DNA from: a virus
Direction: 5' to 3' (one strand)
Virus record (IMG/VR): IMGVR_UViG_3300020578_000040
Coordinates: 1-64,000 of that record
DNA length: 64,000 bases
In this document: positions 18,198 through 26,842 of the stretch, piece by piece
Position numbering within the stretch: the stretch's first letter is position 1
Layout of the letters: the number at the start of each line of letters is the position of its first letter
Made by a program: the position numbers and the translations under genes
Notes under the pieces: generated by a model
What the model saw: only the letters and a program-made list of their open reading frames with translations
Told to the model about the DNA's origin: nothing
The model's database searches: none

Positions 18198-18455
18198 AGC
18201 CCCGCACTCAACTCAAGACGGAAGCCCCGCTTTCCCAGGGGAGGAGTCTGTCTAGCGGGGCTGCGAATCGCTCGATCCTTACGGGGCTGCGGCGCGTAAC
18301 CGAGGCCCTCGACGCCGGCCACCAACCGCGCGTATCCGACACCCGAGCACCGCGCGTATCCTGAACCGCGCGTATGCGCACGCACGGTAGGCACATGGGC
18401 GCGTATGCGCTCGCGCGCGCGTGTGCGTGTTCCTCTCTCCCCCCTCCACGGAGCG
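18198..18455 (+). repeat. regulatory module 6
   Basis: A boxes 18198, 18223, inverted 18255, 18281; B boxes 18328, 18352, 18368, 18399; CACGGTAGGCAC. Confidence 0.85.
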
Positions 18456-18619
18456 TCGATTTGACACGCTCACTACGGTCTGATAGGTTCAGTGTTGTCG
18501 GGGAAACCGACACCCCCGAATCCCCTCCACGGAGCGTCGATTTGACACGGCACACTGTGGGTGATAGGTTCGGGGTTGTCGGGGAAACCTGACGCTACCT
18601 ACTACAGAAAGGAATCATC

Positions 18620-19141
18620 ATGATTTGTCGTTCATGCGACACGCCCGCAGTGGGCAAGAGTGCCTACTGCTCCACTCACCGCGCCGAGGCACGGGCCGCG
18701 TGGAAGGCCAAGATCAGCGACGAGGCCGAGGCCCGCAAGGCCCGCAAGGCCGGTCACGCCGAACTCTGGTCGCGCGCCGTTCAGGCCGGTATCAAGGCGT
18801 GGCACGAAGCCATCCCCACCCCCATGCTCGTGGGCACGGCGAAGGGTCTGTTCGACGACTCGTTCGACGAGACCAAACCCGTGTACCACGTGAGCGAGGG
18901 CGTGTGCGGTTTCGCGTCGCTCGTCGTGAAGCCCGCGAACTCGTCGTTCGCTCACTGGCTCAAGGCCAACGTGCGCACGAGCAAGCACTACGGCGGTGGC
19001 CTCTCCGTGTGGTCGTCCGTCATCGTGCCGGAGGACGCGCGCAGTCAGTCCTACGAGCGCAAGGACGCGGCCATGCGCGCCGTGGCCGAGGTGCTCCGCG
19101 AGGCCGGTATCAAGGCCTCGTGCTGGAGCAGGCTCGACTGA
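18620..19141 (+). CDS. conserved phage hypothetical protein (GVCGFA...QSYERK..A...SRLD)
   Basis: Recognisable family motif; tandem promoters upstream. Confidence 0.75.
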   Translation: MICRSCDTPAVGKSAYCSTHRAEARAAWKAKISDEAEARKARKAGHAELWSRAVQAGIKAWHEAIPTPMLVGTAKGLFDDSFDETKPVYHVSEGVCGFASLVVKPANSSFAHWLKANVRTSKHYGGGLSVWSSVIVPEDARSQSYERKDAAMRAVAEVLREAGIKASCWSRLD

Positions 19142-19248
19142 GCGAGGGCGGGGGGCGCAAGCCCCCCACTCCCCCTCGATTTGACAGACCCACCTACCGC
19201 TGATAGATTCAGTGGTGGGAGCAATACCCCAACCAAGAAAGAGGAACA

Positions 19249-19614
19249 ATGACCATCACCAACATCACGGGAACCGTGCTCATCGGACACGTGGGCGTGG
19301 ACTCCGGCCAACTCATGATCTGCGACCCGTGCTACATCAAGGCCGACGACTGGGCCGACCAGCCGTACGCCCCCGCAAACGCCGTGGACGGCAAGTACCC
19401 GTTCACCTACAACGGCGCGTGTGGCGCGACGCTCAATGAGGACAGTGCTGGGCAGTTGGGCACGTTCGATACCGGCATCGCGTTCGCATCGGGCTACGGC
19501 GACGGCACCTACCCCGTGTACGCCACGTACGTCGATGGGCGCATCGCCAGTGTCGAGATCGTGCTCATCAGCGAGGACGAGGACGACGAGGACGAGGAGG
19601 AGTACCTCCTCTGA
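19249..19614 (+). CDS. DUF4241-like protein
   Basis: GVDSGQLMICDP...SGYGDGTYPVY. Confidence 0.7.
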   Translation: MTITNITGTVLIGHVGVDSGQLMICDPCYIKADDWADQPYAPANAVDGKYPFTYNGACGATLNEDSAGQLGTFDTGIAFASGYGDGTYPVYATYVDGRIASVEIVLISEDEDDEDEEEYLL

Positions 19615-19688
19615 TTTGACAGCGACCCCTGCCCCTGATAGATTCAGGGGTGGGGGAAGCAATACCCATCAGCAACAGAAAGGAAATC

Positions 19689-19964
19689 ATGACCACCATC
19701 ACCACCATCAAGCAACGGAACATCGACGCCGGCCACTACTTCTTCGACACAAAGGCCATGCGGTTCTTCAACAGTCGCGTGAGTCGCACCACCTACGGCG
19801 ACTTCTTCGTGACCAGCGAGAAAGGCCCCGACAAGGTGCGCCGGTACACGGTGCGCTACAGCGACCCCGCCACCGGCCACATCAACACGGTCGGAGAGTT
19901 CCAGCAGTTCGACACGCTGTGGGGCGCGCTCGCGGAAGCGCGACGCCTCTACCTCGCGATCTGA
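19689..19964 (+). CDS. conserved phage hypothetical protein (GHYFFD..AMRFFNSR)
   Basis: Promoter plus RBS. Confidence 0.75.
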   Translation: MTTITTIKQRNIDAGHYFFDTKAMRFFNSRVSRTTYGDFFVTSEKGPDKVRRYTVRYSDPATGHINTVGEFQQFDTLWGALAEARRLYLAI

Positions 19965-20293
19965 TCGTGCGCTCGTTGTCGGCTCCGTGGCTCTGGTCGT
20001 TCGTCGTCGTGTACGAAGGACGCCCAGAGTCGAGGTTCCGGTTTGGCTCCCCCTGCCGGCTTGTGCGTTCCGTTGATCTTGCCGTGCATGTGTTACTGCC
20101 CGAACTTCTGACACCGCATCTTCCGATCCTGGCGTGCTACCTCCGTTCGACTTCCCCTAGATGGGGTCGAGCGTGGCGTCGCTGGTAGACCCAAATGGCC
20201 AGTTGCTGATTTGACAACCTGTCCCTGCCACCACTAGGATTAGTGGTGGTGGGGGCAACCCAACCAAATACCTACTACAGAAAGGAATCCCCA

Positions 20294-20758
20294 ATGGGAC
20301 TCGATCAGTACCTACACGCAAAGAAATACACCTCGCCCGCCGAATGGCGACCCGAGGCCGAGCGCAAGGCTTACGCCGACATCATGAAGGCGGTGCAAGT
20401 CAGCGAGTTCATGGATGACCACTTGCCCTCCGCAACCGTCGAAGTGATGGTGGCCTACTGGCGCAAGCAGAACGCCATCCACAAGTGGTTCGTGGACAAC
20501 CATCAGGGTGGCGAGGACGACTGCCGTGAGTCCTACGTCGGACGTCAGGGGCTGGAAAGCCTGCGCGACGTCTGTCGCGAGGTGCTGGCCGACCACTCGA
20601 AGGCCGACGAACTCCTGCCCACGGAGTCCGGGTTCTTCTTCGGTGGCACGGAGTACGACAAGTGGTACTTCGATGGGCTGGCCTACACGGTCGAGCGTAT
20701 CGAGAAGTTGCTCACCATGCCCGACGACTGGGACTTCTACTACCAGTCATCGTGGTGA
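20294..20758 (+). CDS. conserved phage protein (MGLDQY...YWRKQNAIHKWF...YQSSW)
   Basis: Recognisable family motif. Confidence 0.8.
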   Translation: MGLDQYLHAKKYTSPAEWRPEAERKAYADIMKAVQVSEFMDDHLPSATVEVMVAYWRKQNAIHKWFVDNHQGGEDDCRESYVGRQGLESLRDVCREVLADHSKADELLPTESGFFFGGTEYDKWYFDGLAYTVERIEKLLTMPDDWDFYYQSSW

Positions 20759-20829
20759 CCCGCTCAGGGGTCGGTCTCTTCGGAGGCCGACCCCACCATC
20801 ATCTACAAACACAGAAACAGGAGAATGAA

Positions 20830-20994
20830 ATGACACTCACCGAATGCGACGTCCAGCGGATCGAAGACCTGCTGAAGGAACTCCCCGCCATGATCGAAGA
20901 GCATGGATACCCGTATGCGCTAGGCGGTGCTGAGTATTGGCTGAAGCGCATCGTCGAATTGTCCGCGCACCAGAAGAAAGGAATTGGGCAATGA
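20830..20994 (+). CDS. hypothetical protein
   Basis: RBS AGGAG. Confidence 0.6.
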   Translation: MTLTECDVQRIEDLLKELPAMIEEHGYPYALGGAEYWLKRIVELSAHQKKGIGQ

Positions 20995-21215
20995 ACAACG
21001 AGGAAGCCAAGTGCAAGGGCAAGGGCAAAATCTTCTTCGCCCCTCACGCAGAGCGACCCCAGGCCCGCGTCCGTCGCGAGGCCATCGCCATCGCCCTCTG
21101 CCTGTCGTGCCCACTCGTCGATGAGTGTCGAGTGGCTGGCGCGAATGAGGAGCACGGCATCTGGGGTGGCACCACCGAGCGCGACCGCGGAATGGTCAAG
21201 GAGCGAGCCCGCTAA
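20991..21215 (+). CDS. whiB: WhiB-like transcription factor
   Basis: Four Cys, HGIWGGTTERDR. Confidence 0.85.
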   Translation: MNNEEAKCKGKGKIFFAPHAERPQARVRREAIAIALCLSCPLVDECRVAGANEEHGIWGGTTERDRGMVKERAR

Positions 21216-21230
21216 ATAGCCAGCCATTAT

Positions 21231-21246
21231 CCGAACAAATGTTCGG
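21231..21246. promoter_or_regulatory. LexA/SOS-box-like palindrome CCGAAC-AAAT-GTTCGG
   Basis: Matches Gram-positive/actinobacterial CGAAC-N4-GTTCG. Confidence 0.5.
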
Positions 21247-21316
21247 GTGTTGCTGGATGACGGCCGGCGTTCTCGGTTAGGGTGTGCTCGACGCACAACC
21301 TCCATGTGTGTCCGAG

Positions 21317-21590
21317 AGCCCCGCCGTTTCTTTCCTCCTTTCTGGACGGCGGGGCTTCTCGTATTCTGGAGCCCCGCACACTGCGCTGCCCTGGAGCCCC
21401 GCTCGCACTCGATCCAGCGGGGCTCGCGCGGCCACGGACCAGCGGGGCTGCGGCGTTCGCGCGTATGTCTTACGCGGCCTCACGATTCGCGCGTATGTAA
21501 TGGGCCGGCAGATTCGCGCGTATGTCTCCCACTTCGCGCGTATGTAGGCCACGGTAGGCACATGACGATCCACGCGCGCGTAATCTTTGT
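21317..21590 (+). repeat. regulatory module 7
   Basis: A boxes 21317/21349(inv), 21370, 21395, inverted 21417, 21442; B boxes 21459, 21489, 21516, 21536; CACGGTAGGCAC. Confidence 0.85.
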
Positions 21591-21895
21591 GGTGTCCCCT
21601 CGATTTGACAGAGGGTGGCAGGGCTGATAGGTTTGGGTTTGTCGGGGCAACTCGACACCAAGCCAACTCGATTTGACCAGCCCTGTATGGTCTGATAGAG
21701 TTCGGTTTGTCGGGGCAACTCGGCAGGCCTGCTATGACGCACTATCTAAGTGACTCGCCCGATTTGACGGTGACTCACCCACCTGATAGATTCAGGTTTG
21801 TCGAGTTCTCCCGACACCTAGCCGATTCGATTTGACAGGCTCACACCTGTCCGATAGATTCGGAAACGCAATACCTACTACCGAAAGGAATACCA

Positions 21896-22285
21896 ATGTC
21901 CCTTACCATCGACCGTGCTATTGCCGATCTCTTGGTTCTCCGTGACAAGGAGAAGGAGATCGAGCAGGCCAAGCGAGACACGGAGGCTCTGCTCGTCGCC
22001 CTGTTCGACGACGCAGGAATCGACCACTACGAGACCACCGACAAGGTGCGTGTCGCCGTGGAGAACCGTCCCCGTCGCTCATTCGACATGGACAGTCTGC
22101 TGGCGAACCTGCCGGCGACCGTCCTCAACATGGTGCTGAAGCAGACCGTCGATTCGTCGGCGTTCGACAGTGCCGTGGAGACCGGCCTCGTCCCGACCCC
22201 CGTGGTCGAGCAGGCCGTCACGATCTCGTATTCCACGCAAGTGCGTGTGTACGGGCAGAAGGGTGTTCGGGGCGACCGCTCCTGA
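21896..22285 (+). CDS. coiled-coil protein, Gam/Gp157-like (paralog of 13197..13556)
   Basis: Four tandem promoters upstream; shared motifs. Confidence 0.65.
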   Translation: MSLTIDRAIADLLVLRDKEKEIEQAKRDTEALLVALFDDAGIDHYETTDKVRVAVENRPRRSFDMDSLLANLPATVLNMVLKQTVDSSAFDSAVETGLVPTPVVEQAVTISYSTQVRVYGQKGVRGDRS

Positions 22286-22430
22286 CACCCCTCACAACCT
22301 GACATTTGGTCATGTCAGGCTCCTTTCCGCATGACCCCTCACCCCGTCGATTTGACAGGGGTGGGGGGAATGTGGGAGACTTCATTCGGAGCCAACCACT
22401 CCACCTACCTACTACCGAAAGGCAAACTCA

Positions 22431-23156
22431 ATGACCACCACCAATACCGCCATGCCTCAGTGCTGGCAAGATGTACACGACTGCCTCGCCTCGGGTGTCG
22501 ATCGCCTCGTGCTGTTCGGCCCTCCGGGGACTGGCAAGACCTTCGCCGGTCTCACGATGGGCGATGTAACCACCGGAGCGTTCCGCGTCGTCTGTAACGA
22601 GGAGATGACCTCGGCCGATGTGACCGGACACTTCCAGCCCACGGGCAACGAGTGGACTTGGAACGAGGGCGCGGTTCTCCGTGCTTGGAAGGGCAACGGC
22701 TCTCACGGCGGTCGCGTCGTGGCAGACGAGATCGACCGTGCGTCGGGCGATGTGTTGTCGCTCCTGCTCGCCATGTTCGACTCGCCGGAGTCGGCCTCTT
22801 GGACGCACCCTGCGACCAAGCAGACCTTCCGTCCCCTCCCCGGATTCAGCGTCATCATGACGACGAACATCGAGGACATGAGGGAACTCCCGACCGCTCT
22901 CAGGGATCGGTTCCCCGTGGCTATTCGTATCAACCGCCCACACCCGAACGCCCTGTTGGCCCTGCCGGAGGACTTGCGTGAGGTGGCCTCAGCCAGCGTG
23001 GACGCAGACGACGAGCGACGGTACTCGATTCGTACCTTCCAGTCATACGCCAAGTTGCGTGGAACGCTGGGTTCGGAGCGAGCCGCGACGCTGGTGTTCG
23101 GCAAGAACGCCAAGTCCATCATGGACGCCATCAAGATCGAGGAGGTCTCCAAGTGA
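22431..23156 (+). CDS. MoxR/CbbQ-type AAA+ ATPase
   Basis: GPPGTGKT, DEIDRA, TTN, ALRDRF. Confidence 0.9.
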   Translation: MTTTNTAMPQCWQDVHDCLASGVDRLVLFGPPGTGKTFAGLTMGDVTTGAFRVVCNEEMTSADVTGHFQPTGNEWTWNEGAVLRAWKGNGSHGGRVVADEIDRASGDVLSLLLAMFDSPESASWTHPATKQTFRPLPGFSVIMTTNIEDMRELPTALRDRFPVAIRINRPHPNALLALPEDLREVASASVDADDERRYSIRTFQSYAKLRGTLGSERAATLVFGKNAKSIMDAIKIEEVSK

Positions 23157-24622
23157 CCACCAAGATCAACGCTGGTGTGGTCACCCCCAAGGGGGTGGCC
23201 ATGCCGGAGTGGCTCACTCGTGAGGACTCCCCCCAAGGCCCGTGGACTGTCAAGGAAGGCAACGCCACTCGTGGCGAGGCGTTCACCAACCGTATCGAGC
23301 GTCTCATGACGGTTCCCTACGGCGACGACGACCTCTCCCGTGCGGTTCGCGCCCACGAGATGATGCACGCCAAGGTGTCCCCGGAGTCGATGGCTTCGTT
23401 CGACGGGTTCTCGATTTCGCCGGAGGCCATTCGGGCTTCGGAGGAATTTCGTGTGAACACGCTCTGCTCGCTCGCCGGCTTCGACATGGACAATCTGCGT
23501 GACGGGTCGGAGTCACAGACTGGCAAGCGACTGGCCGAGAACAAGGACTGGAACAACACCGTCCTGTTCATCGCGGCTACCGCCGGAACCAAGGCCTGCA
23601 AGGATGTGCTTCGTGGTATGCGTACCGTGAGTCCCGAAATGGCTGACAAGGCCAAGCGTGTCGAGAAGGCTCTGCTCGATTCGTGGAAGTCCGAGATCAA
23701 GCGTTTCGGCCCTGTGCGTGACTCTCGTGCGGTCACCTACGCTCGTCGTGAGATGGCTAGCACCACGCCCGTGGTCTACAAGGCGGACGGCACGCCGTCT
23801 CGTCCCGTCAATCACGACACCGTTCTTGCCGAGGGCGAGCGCATCCTCCCTGAGGGGGCGAAGTTCACGCTCAGGTTTGCTTCGCTCGTGGACGCTCTAC
23901 TCAAATACGACGACTCCGTGGACGGACACGAAGGCGACGGCGAGCCGAGCGACGAGGAACTCGACGCTGTGACCAAGACGGCCGGTGGCAAGACTTGGGC
24001 GCGACTCATCGTCGATCGTTCGGTTCCGCTGACTCGTCGAGTCAAGGGCAACCTCGGTCGTCGGCGTATGGCCACCAACATCGGTGTCTCGCCTCGTCGA
24101 ATGGAGCGACTGCTGACCGACCCCGACAAGCGTGTGTTCGACCGCACGATCAAGGGGCAGGGCGGTGTCGTTCTCATCGACCAGTCCGGCTCGATGAGGC
24201 TGAACGACGACGATGTGATGGCTCTCGTGAACGAGGCTCCCGGCTGTGTGGTCGTGGGCTACTCGCACCGACCCAACTCGTCGGGTGTCCCGAATGTGTG
24301 GATTCTCGCCGACCGTGGCAAGGTCTGTAGCGCGGTTCGCTCCGGCAACGGTGGCAACGGCGTGGACTACCCTGCCTTGGTGTTCGCCAACAAACTTCGC
24401 AAGAAGGGCGAGCCGTTGGTGTGGGTCTGCGACGGTCATGTCACGGTGTCCGATGACGGGTTCGCACCTGCTCCGCTTCGCAAGCAGGTGGCCGGCTTCG
24501 TTCGCAAGAATCAGGTTCACATGGTTCCGACCGTGGGTGAGGCTGTGACTGCGTTGCGACGCGCCAAGTCGGGCGTTCGTCTCACGACCAAGATCGTCGG
24601 TTCGGAACTCTCCGCGTCCTGA
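23153..24622 (+). CDS. HExxH metallopeptidase-like + VWA domain protein
   Basis: AHEMMH; MIDAS DQSGSM; WVCDG; coupled to AAA gene. Confidence 0.8.
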   Translation: MTTKINAGVVTPKGVAMPEWLTREDSPQGPWTVKEGNATRGEAFTNRIERLMTVPYGDDDLSRAVRAHEMMHAKVSPESMASFDGFSISPEAIRASEEFRVNTLCSLAGFDMDNLRDGSESQTGKRLAENKDWNNTVLFIAATAGTKACKDVLRGMRTVSPEMADKAKRVEKALLDSWKSEIKRFGPVRDSRAVTYARREMASTTPVVYKADGTPSRPVNHDTVLAEGERILPEGAKFTLRFASLVDALLKYDDSVDGHEGDGEPSDEELDAVTKTAGGKTWARLIVDRSVPLTRRVKGNLGRRRMATNIGVSPRRMERLLTDPDKRVFDRTIKGQGGVVLIDQSGSMRLNDDDVMALVNEAPGCVVVGYSHRPNSSGVPNVWILADRGKVCSAVRSGNGGNGVDYPALVFANKLRKKGEPLVWVCDGHVTVSDDGFAPAPLRKQVAGFVRKNQVHMVPTVGEAVTALRRAKSGVRLTTKIVGSELSAS

Positions 24623-24760
24623 CCGCGAGAGGGGTGGGGCAGGGTTTGTTCTCCTTGTCCCCACCCCACCCCTCGATTTGACCCAGCCTCACCGCTGGTG
24701 TAGGATCGAGTTTGTGGGGAAACCCACACCTATCAAGTACCTACCTACAAAGGAGTCATC

Positions 24761-25537
24761 ATGCCGAACTGGGCATACAACTCGATGACCGTCCGCTCGA
24801 CTTCCGAGTCCAAGCAGACTGCCATCCACGACCTTCAGGAGTTCCTGGAGTTCATCAAGGTCACCGACCCCGAGACTGGGGCTATCAGTTACGACCTGAC
24901 CAAAGCACACCCTATGCCCGAGGCACTCATGGGCACTCGCTCACCTGTCCCCTACTCGCCTGAACCGCACCCCAATTGGGTCGAGATGTTGGCGGAGGGA
25001 CAGATGACGCAGGAGCGTTTCGACGAACTCTGTGCCGAGAACATCAAGTTCTACGAGGCTGGGCAGAAGGCATACGCCGAGACCGGCTACACCGACTGGT
25101 ACGACTGGGCGAACAAGGAGTGGGGAACCAAGTGGGCACCTCGCTTCGAGCACAACGACCCCGAGTTGGACGAGGAGCACGAACAGGTCTCGATGTACTA
25201 CGAGACTGCGTGGTCGCCGGCAGATGGGCTGGTTTCCAAGATGAGCGAACGCTTCCCGAACTTGGTGTTCGAGGTGTCCGTGACAGAGGAAGCAAACCTG
25301 TATGTCGGTGCGTCGCACTTCCACAACGGCGTGGCGACGATGTTCTACACCTCGTTCGATGACAAGGATTTGCCCGACCGCTACACGAAGCGGTACGCCG
25401 AGATTGTCGAACACGAGGCGAAAGACGACATCGACTGGGATTCCTACTTCGAGAAGATGAGTGACCTCCAGTCCGATGTTCTCGAATACTGCGAGAATCA
25501 GATTGCGCTCATGGCCTCATTTGAGGTGGGGTCATGA
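24761..25537 (+). CDS. DUF1281/YubB ferredoxin-like protein
   Basis: MPNW.YN...WYDW...WGTKW...ETAWSP. Confidence 0.8.
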   Translation: MPNWAYNSMTVRSTSESKQTAIHDLQEFLEFIKVTDPETGAISYDLTKAHPMPEALMGTRSPVPYSPEPHPNWVEMLAEGQMTQERFDELCAENIKFYEAGQKAYAETGYTDWYDWANKEWGTKWAPRFEHNDPELDEEHEQVSMYYETAWSPADGLVSKMSERFPNLVFEVSVTEEANLYVGASHFHNGVATMFYTSFDDKDLPDRYTKRYAEIVEHEAKDDIDWDSYFEKMSDLQSDVLEYCENQIALMASFEVGS

Positions 25538-25899
25538 GTGCCGACCTGACTATCGCCATGGCTCCGATTGTCAAGACCAAGGACGAGGCAATCATCAAAC
25601 TCAAATCCATGGAACCCGAGGTTCTGCTCCATGTTCTATCCGAGTATTTCGCCCGTGAGTTTGATGAGGCGACCGACGAGGAGGAGTATGCCGAGGCGGT
25701 CTCCTATGTCATCGGCAAGATCGAAGAGGTGTACTCGTACTACGAGCATGGCTCTCGTGACACGGAGGTGCGGAGGATCAACGGAACCGACTGGTTGATT
25801 ACCGGAGGTTTGTCGTGGGGCGATGACCCAACGGACGCATACGAGCCGGTGTCCATCGTTTCAGGACTACAACTGACGCACGACGAGGAGAGTTCATGA
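25534..25899 (+). CDS. hypothetical protein (TGGLSWGDDPT)
   Basis: ATGA coupling. Confidence 0.7.
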   Translation: MSADLTIAMAPIVKTKDEAIIKLKSMEPEVLLHVLSEYFAREFDEATDEEEYAEAVSYVIGKIEEVYSYYEHGSRDTEVRRINGTDWLITGGLSWGDDPTDAYEPVSIVSGLQLTHDEESS

Positions 25900-26018
25900 C
25901 AATCCGAGTGTTCGACCCGAACCCGACATACGACGAATGGTGCGAGGCGAACGGCCTCGACCCTGACAACGACGAGACCTACAACGCTTACTGCGAATGG
26001 AGAAGCAACAACCGATGA
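25896..26018 (+). CDS. 40-aa acidic peptide
   Basis: ATGA-coupled at both ends; RBS GAGGAG. Confidence 0.6.
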   Translation: MTIRVFDPNPTYDEWCEANGLDPDNDETYNAYCEWRSNNR

Positions 26019-26356
26019 CCACGCACAACTACAACTCGATTCCCGAGGAGTTCCGGATGTACGTCCAGCAACCGCTCGACGACTCCATGCTCGATGAGCG
26101 GAAATACTCACTCAAGATCACGGACGAGATGGAACACTCCCGTGGGATCGCATGGGTGGGCAGTCTCACGGCCGGCGACAAGATCATTGCCACGGTCGAG
26201 AACGCCGGCCACGGTGGTGCCAACGACTACATCATCGCCAACGACTCCCTGTGGGATGTGTTCGTCGAGGATGCGTACACTGCGTATGGCAATCGAGGCG
26301 AGGCCAAGGACTCGCTCGTCCAACTGATCGACGTACTCACAGCGGTGACGGTGTGA
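26015..26356 (+). CDS. hypothetical protein (VENAGHGG motif)
   Basis: ATGA coupling. Confidence 0.7.
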   Translation: MTTHNYNSIPEEFRMYVQQPLDDSMLDERKYSLKITDEMEHSRGIAWVGSLTAGDKIIATVENAGHGGANDYIIANDSLWDVFVEDAYTAYGNRGEAKDSLVQLIDVLTAVTV

Positions 26357-26517
26357 AACCCACGCTCGACCAAGAAGTAACAGCACTCGATTCCTTGCTG
26401 GCCAAGATCGATTTCGCCCTGAGCGAGATCGGGCACAAGACGGTCGTGGAGGCACCAGTCATGGTGGACTTACTACTCGACATTCGCTTCTTGGCAACAA
26501 CAGTCAAGGACACCTGA
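26353..26517 (+). CDS. hypothetical protein
   Basis: GTGA coupling. Confidence 0.5.
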   Translation: MKPTLDQEVTALDSLLAKIDFALSEIGHKTVVEAPVMVDLLLDIRFLATTVKDT

Positions 26518-26535
26518 TCACTGGTGGTAGGTGAC

Positions 26536-26570
26536 GCAGAGGGGCGGGCCGAAAGGCTCGCCCCTTTGTG
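26536..26570. terminator. bidirectional hairpin between convergent genes
   Basis: AGGGGCGGGCC-GAAA-GGCTCGCCCCT. Confidence 0.65.
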
Positions 26571-26572
26571 CT

Positions 26573-26842
26573 TTACTTGCGTAGAAAGTTGTCGAGTGTT
26601 CGCCAGTACCGCCACGCAACGCCGGCACCGACCAATGGCAACAGCCGTGGCTGGACAGCCAGCACCTCAGCCTCGTTGAGGTTGAGGAGAATCGCGTAGG
26701 CCAGCACGCCCTCGAAGGCACCGGTCACCGCAGCGAGGATCAGTCCGACTGGCGTATTGACCCGACGCACGAACACCCGTTCATCGTCATCGTCCCACTC
26801 GTACTCGACTTCGCGCTTGTCGGTTGAACGCAACTGCTTCAC
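26573..26842 (-). CDS. small 2-TM membrane protein
   Basis: Hydrophobic segments; RBS AAGGAAAGG. Confidence 0.6.
   Translation of the reverse strand: MKQLRSTDKREVEYEWDDDDERVFVRRVNTPVGLILAAVTGAFEGVLAYAILLNLNEAEVLAVQPRLLPLVGAGVAWRYWRTLDNFLRK

Noticed and set aside
19950-20190. Possible 46-aa minus-strand ORF (MHGKING...)
   Set aside because: No convincing RBS or motif; left unannotated
21602-21860. CRISPR array
   Set aside because: Repeats are -35/-10 promoter boxes with irregular period and variable internal sequence; no cas genes in the window
10581-24664. Many long minus-strand ORFs in the array (e.g. 13215..13958, 16662..17483, 23897..24664)
   Set aside because: Shadow ORFs of high-GC + strand genes that have clear promoters and RBSs
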